The notes under the pieces were generated by a model. It ran no database searches. It saw nothing but the letters and a program-made list of their open reading frames with translations, and had not been told where the DNA came from. A program made the position numbers and the translations under genes. Positions 38,556 to 43,172 of a stretch of DNA of 43,172 bases are shown in pieces (the stretch's first letter is position 1; each line of letters begins with the position of its first letter). The stretch covers positions 1 to 43,172 of the forward strand of contig JACADW010000255.1 of NCBI GenBank assembly GCA_013388445.1. The letters are read 5' to 3'. This DNA is from Acidobacteriota bacterium (lineage in GTDB: Bacteria; Acidobacteriota; UBA6911).

Positions 38556-41018
38556 CTACTGAAGAGCCGCTGACGGCGGCCCCGCTCCCACCCGGCTCAG
38601 GCTCTCCAGCAGCATCATGTCTACGATCAATCCCGATATCCTAGTACGGCTCGCGGCGTGAATTTGTTCGGTCGCTCCGCCGAAAACCACGAGGATCGGG
38701 TCCCGCTCGGCGACCAGTTTCTGGATCGCCGGGCTCGGCACGAGCGAGGCAAGGCCCTCCAACGCACCCTTTGTGTTCAACCACACGAATCCCGAAGGGT
38801 GCAGCCCGGCGGAGGACGGCAATTGCTGTCGGAAGGCCGGCGACCAGACCAGGGCTGAGCCCCCATTGCGGTTCGCAATGGCGCGCAGTACCACGCCCCG
38901 GTCGGATGCCGCCACCAGGTAGCCTCGATCATAGGTCCAGGTGATAGCCAGCGGGAACTGGCCCGACTTCAGCGTGGTCCAGCCCCGTCCGTCTTGGGTT
39001 TCCTGCTCCAGCGTGAGGCGCCTGGCCTGCTGGTCTTCCGGCAACTCGGCATTGAACACCTCCACCAACCTTCGGACTGAACCGTCGAGAGTGGCCGGGT
39101 CGTTCACAAGCGCGGCGACGACCCACACCGGGCCCGTCGCCGACAGGCCTTCCAGGGCAAACGCCGACTCGGTACCGAGCGCAGAAGCGAGATCACTGGC
39201 AAAACCTGGACCGAGTTTTGACTCCGCTTCCGCAAATCCCCCACCGGATGCGGGATCGATCTTCGCGAGATGGGCGGTCAGCTCGTCGAACAACTGGCGC
39301 GGCTCGCGCGTGGAGACGTAGACCGAAAAAGCGGCATCGCTCGAAAGATACTCGGCCGCGCCCCCGGAACCCGAGCTGGCAAGCCACGACGCCATCCCCA
39401 TGCGCGGACCTTTGAAGGTGAGCGTTACCTCGTTCTCTTCGAAGCCCTGAATGTCGCGTTGCTCAAGGAACAGGTGTTTCATTTGCCGGGCGCCCAGCAA
39501 CTCAGATCCAGCAGGTTCGCCAGTAGCTTCGGGCATTGCCGCGAATGCCAATTCCGTGTCCATCCCCAGCAGCCAACCGGCGCCGCGCTGGTAGCGGGCG
39601 GCGATCGCTGCCGCGAACGGCGAGGCTGCGCCGTCGCCCATGTGCGCGAGCACCCATTGCAGGTGTTCTTGCGAATCGGAAGCGACCAGGAGCGACCCGG
39701 TCGCCGAGTAGGGCAAGGCCGGCAGATTCGCCTCGCCGCGCAGCGCCTCCACGGCGCTGTTCAGGGCGTCCTGCTTGCCCGGCTGCACTTCGGCGGCGAC
39801 CATCGGGATCTTCTCCCCCGTCGCTCCAGCGCCGGTCACAAGAACGAAAACGACCTCGTCGCCGAGCAGCGGTGTAAAGGTCTGGATTCGGTCGATGATC
39901 TGCTTCACTTCCTGACCGGCGGCGGAGTTCCACCATTCGCGGAAGACAGGGTTTTCGGCTGCCTGCTGTTCCGCGAGAGTCACGGCCTGGCTGATCGTTC
40001 CCCCGATGTTCGGAATAGCCCCATAGACGGCTGCGTTTGCCGGCATGTACTGGAGCAGACGAGGCTGCGTTCGCAGGGCCGGCGACGGCAGCCCGGCAAT
40101 CTCCTTCTCGAGCTTTCCGAAGGACGCAAGCAGCGCCAGGTAATCCTCGACGTCGGAACTCCACGAGACCGCCTCCTCGACGGAATACGCGAGGACGGGG
40201 TTGGATGCGGCCTGCTCTCCGGGTTGCAGGAGAGTGTCGACGCCGGGCTGAGTGACCGCCACAGATCCTTCGATTACGGAGACGACCGTACCGGCGAGGC
40301 CTGAGGAAACGGCAAACACCGTTCCCTGCACCGCTGCAACCGAATCGCGGGTTTGCACGCGCAGCCGTCCACGGCGCTGCTTGGCCGCCTGGACGATGAC
40401 ATCTCCGCGTTCGAGTTGAATTGTCTGGCCGCTCCACGCGGCGCGCACAGACAGTTCCGTGCGCTCATTGATCTCGACCCGCGAGCCGTCGGCGAGGCGC
40501 AGCACGGCACGGGCTCCCGGTCCGGTGCGCACGACTTCGTCCTGGCCAATAGGGGAACCGGGCTGCAGCAATCCATCGGGCAGGCGGTACAGCGAGCCGC
40601 TGACGGATGCCACTGAAGCGCGTGGGCCGCCCGGCGCCAGCGTTGTGTCGATGCGATGGCGCCCGACATAGAGCGCCGCCAGCAGGATCGCGGCCGCCGC
40701 CGCCCATGCTCCCCACCTCGTCCACGCCGGCGCCCGGCGTTGCGGCATAGCCACGACCTTCCGCTCCCCCTTCAGCCCGGCGATCTCGTCACGGCACTGC
40801 GAACAACGGCCGAGGTGATCTTCGATCAGCAAGCGACGGTTAGCAGCCAGGCCGCCGTCCAAATAGTCGCGGTACTCCAGCCGGAACTCCGCACACGCAC
40901 TCAGGCCTGGATTTGCCAGCCTTGCCCGAACGCGATCCCGCGCGCCGGCGAGCTGCTCGGGGCTGGCACTTTCGTTTCTCATGGCTTCAAGGGCCTCTTC
41001 CAATCGATCTTCGGACAT
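38556..41018 (-). CDS. Anti-sigma factor: zf-HC2 + TM + FecR + large periplasmic domain
   Basis: C...HLGRCSQC ZAS motif, TM WAAAAAILLAAL, FecR motifs LADGSRVEINERTEL, VQGTVFAV, VSVIEGSVAV. Confidence 0.9.
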   Translation of the reverse strand: MSEDRLEEALEAMRNESASPEQLAGARDRVRARLANPGLSACAEFRLEYRDYLDGGLAANRRLLIEDHLGRCSQCRDEIAGLKGERKVVAMPQRRAPAWTRWGAWAAAAAILLAALYVGRHRIDTTLAPGGPRASVASVSGSLYRLPDGLLQPGSPIGQDEVVRTGPGARAVLRLADGSRVEINERTELSVRAAWSGQTIQLERGDVIVQAAKQRRGRLRVQTRDSVAAVQGTVFAVSSGLAGTVVSVIEGSVAVTQPGVDTLLQPGEQAASNPVLAYSVEEAVSWSSDVEDYLALLASFGKLEKEIAGLPSPALRTQPRLLQYMPANAAVYGAIPNIGGTISQAVTLAEQQAAENPVFREWWNSAAGQEVKQIIDRIQTFTPLLGDEVVFVLVTGAGATGEKIPMVAAEVQPGKQDALNSAVEALRGEANLPALPYSATGSLLVASDSQEHLQWVLAHMGDGAASPFAAAIAARYQRGAGWLLGMDTELAFAAMPEATGEPAGSELLGARQMKHLFLEQRDIQGFEENEVTLTFKGPRMGMASWLASSGSGGAAEYLSSDAAFSVYVSTREPRQLFDELTAHLAKIDPASGGGFAEAESKLGPGFASDLASALGTESAFALEGLSATGPVWVVAALVNDPATLDGSVRRLVEVFNAELPEDQQARRLTLEQETQDGRGWTTLKSGQFPLAITWTYDRGYLVAASDRGVVLRAIANRNGGSALVWSPAFRQQLPSSAGLHPSGFVWLNTKGALEGLASLVPSPAIQKLVAERDPILVVFGGATEQIHAASRTRISGLIVDMMLLESLSRVGAGPPSAALQ

Positions 41019-41032
41019 CGCCGACCTCCAGT

Positions 41033-41551
41033 CTATCGCTCCATCTCGGCCTGCAACGCTTGTCGCAGTCGGTGCAGCCGGACAGCAACATGGTTCTTTT
41101 CCAAGCCGAACAATTCGGCCAGTTCGCCGTTGGACAATCCCTCGACGTAGCGCAGGACGAACAGTACGGCATCGTTCTCCTGCAGCGTGGCCAAGGCGCG
41201 GCGCAGACGCTCCTTGAGCAGCGCCGGACGCTCGGCGGAAGTCAGCAGCGACGCGTCTTCGAGCTGCGACTCCGCGTGTACCGCCCTGCGGCGGAGCAGG
41301 TCCAGGGCAGCGTTGGCCGCCGCGCGCCTGAGATAGGCGCCGGGCATACGCGGGGGTTCCAGGCGGCCGCTCCGGCCGAGGACGCGGAGAAACACGGTCT
41401 GCAGCACATCCTCGGCGTCGGCCGGATTCCCGGTAACGCGCAGGGCTGTACGATAGACCGCGGCGTAATGCCGTTCGTACAACTCGGCAAACTCAGTTGG
41501 CGAGGTCATGAAGATGCATTGCGCGTCAAGTGCGTCGCTGGCCGTTCCCAT
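41033..41551 (-). CDS. ECF RNA polymerase sigma factor
   Basis: DAEDVLQTVFL, YLRRAAANAALD, LRYVEGLSNGELA...VRLHR. Confidence 0.95.
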   Translation of the reverse strand: MGTASDALDAQCIFMTSPTEFAELYERHYAAVYRTALRVTGNPADAEDVLQTVFLRVLGRSGRLEPPRMPGAYLRRAAANAALDLLRRRAVHAESQLEDASLLTSAERPALLKERLRRALATLQENDAVLFVLRYVEGLSNGELAELFGLEKNHVAVRLHRLRQALQAEMER

Positions 41552-41571
41552 ATCCGGTCGCCTCAACCACA

Positions 41572-41598
41572 AGACGCGCGAGCGCAGCAATTATTACA
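41572..41598 (-). promoter_or_regulatory. Putative autoregulatory ECF promoter
   Basis: TGTAAT-N16-CGTCT on the minus strand, 20 nt upstream of ATG 41551. Confidence 0.7.
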
Positions 41599-41962
41599 GC
41601 TTAGAGCTTAGGGGTCGGACCGGGACAAGTCTAGTGTTATGAGAAGTTAGAGAAAATTCAGGGCACAGAATGGGCTTAGAGCAGGATTTAGCCCTGTTTT
41701 TTTGATTTTGCCGCCCGCTTCTTTCGGAGCTTCGCCTCTTGAAATCCTCGCGCGCCATCCCCTTCATTCACAGGTGCGGATTCATCATACGCGCGGGGAT
41801 TCGAGAACTCAGGATCCTGAATTCAAGATGTTATTGAGACGCTCTCGCAGCAGCGGATCACGATCATCCGACAGCTTGGATCGCTGAGCGCCGCAATGGA
41901 GAAGCGGATTGTCGTAACGACGTCCAGAGCGGTCCTGCGCTTCAAAGACACGGCTGCATGCG

Positions 41963-42660
41963 CTATCTCTTCACCAGGGACGGAAAGTCCTCCATCAGCC
42001 ACAGATCCAAGTCTCCGCCAGTGGGTACGTTGAACGCGATGGTCTTGCCGTCGGGAGAGAGTGCGAACAGCAGAATGTTGCCGTCCACATCGGTCTTTAT
42101 TGCCTCGGGCTCTCCCCCGGCGGTGGAGACAGTCCACAGCATGCCCTTTGCGGTATATATCAGCCGGGACCCGTCCGGCGTCCAGGCAAGCGATCCCTGA
42201 TGGCTCTCGAGCACATCGGCCTTCAGCACGGTGCGGGGTTCGCCTCCGGTGGCAGGAATGATTCTGATCGTCTTGTGCGAGCATGCGCAGGCGATCGAGT
42301 CTCCCCGGGGAGACCAGGCTTCGAGTTCGCAGAAGCAATCGGTGTGATATGTGAGCTGTCGGGGCTCCCCTCCTTTGGAGGATATGACAGAGATATTTTC
42401 GCCGAGCTTCCGCTCGCCCGGCACGTCTCTTTCGGATTCGAAAGCGATCCATTTGCCGCCCGGCGACCAGCGCGGTTGCCAGGCATTCAGATCGGCTGTC
42501 ATAGGCAGTTGGACCGGCTGCCCGCCTGTGATGGGCATTGTCCAGAGGCGGGCGCTGGCGACTCCCTCCCTGTAGCCTGAAAACACAATCCGCTTGCCAT
42601 CGGGCGAGATGTGTTTTCCGCCGCCCGGCAATGTCTCAAAGATTTTCTCTCCTTCCTGCG
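41963..42660 (-). pseudogene. C-terminal part of a PD40 (TolB-like) protein
   Basis: ISPDGK, WSPGGK, WSPRGD, WTPDGS, LSPDGK repeats; no signal peptide, joined to unrelated sequence upstream. Confidence 0.75.
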
Positions 42661-42819
42661 AGACCACGATGATCGCGCCGCCCCCGGCCCGCACAAACGC
42701 AATGTCGCCCTGCCCCATGCGGAAGTGAACCTCGCTGGTATAACGCTCGAAGTTGTATGAGAACGCCAGGGCAGCGTCGCCGAGGGCGGATACCAGAGCG
42801 CCGCGATCGCCGTCGTGCC

Positions 42820-43172
42820 GGCCTTCGCGATGTAGACTCTCCTTGATGGTTGTGCCCGGTAGGCTCCGCGGTGAACCCGGCTGTGCAGGTCGGCAAGCCG
42901 CCCCTCCAGCCCAACTTCATACCCTTCCCACCCGACCCCGTCGACTCCTGCGGCCGCCTCCCGCTTCAGTGCGTAGAAACTGCCTCGCAACAGCTCCGGT
43001 GTTAGATGGTGGAGTAAAGCCGTGAACCGCTCTCCCTTTCTCTCTCGTGCTGCTTTTCGCACACCTGCCAGCCCCTGTGACACGTGTTTCTTCCCGCCCT
43101 GTGTCGGGTTCGTGTGGGTCTGACTGATGTTCTCCTCGGTCCGTGCCCTTCCCTCCCCAACCTCCGCACTCA
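42820..43172 (-). mobile_element. ltrA: Truncated group II intron (RNA 5' region plus N-terminus of the RT/maturase)
   Basis: GTG 43083: MSQGLAGVRKAARERKGERFTALLHH...AAAGVDG...YRAQPSRRVYIAK, then homology stops. Upstream GCGGAGGTTGGGGAGGGAAGGG resembles intron domain III. Confidence 0.9.

Noticed and set aside
42499-43083. RT fused to a novel domain as a retron, DGR or defence RT system
   Set aside because: Only the RT0-RT1 region of a typical group II intron maturase is present, with no catalytic YADD; the rest of the ORF is out-of-frame read-through.
1-43172. CRISPR array, tRNA or rRNA
   Set aside because: No regularly spaced repeats, cloverleaf or rRNA-like segment found by inspection.

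Overview
GC-rich bacterial window whose gene content (Oar-type TonB-dependent receptor, zf-HC2/FecR anti-sigma with a four-gene ABC unit, PD40/TPR proteins) suggests Acidobacteriota; that taxonomy is inference. 1-16.8 kb is a polysaccharide-utilisation-like locus: TBDR, two clan GH-A-like hydrolases, a Tat-exported nucleoside-hydrolase-fold protein, divergent GH38, GH51, a decayed GHL6-like gene, then class II aldolase, fucose/arabinose-type isomerase, FGGY kinase and a decayed UroD-family gene. It is followed by a GH13 gene, a GH97 relic, an MNT-HEPN pair, nikR divergent from a TBDR whose promoter carries a NikR-type operator, a DinB gene, vapBC, a DUF5107-TPR gene split by one TGA, relics of a sensor kinase and a PD40 protein, a DUF4091 hydrolase and a vapC relic. 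An ECF sigma / FecR anti-sigma / ABC operon, a second PD40 relic and a truncated group II intron end the window. The most unusual observations are (i) an ABC permease whose extracytoplasmic loop appears to hold a circularly permuted discoidin domain nested inside a SmpA/BamE-like domain, preceded by a ~165-nt hairpin lying inside a translationally coupled ORF, (ii) a NikR-TBDR-DinB nickel module, and (iii) about 11 disrupted genes. All family calls come from motif recognition by eye, with no database search. No CRISPR array, rRNA or tRNA was seen.
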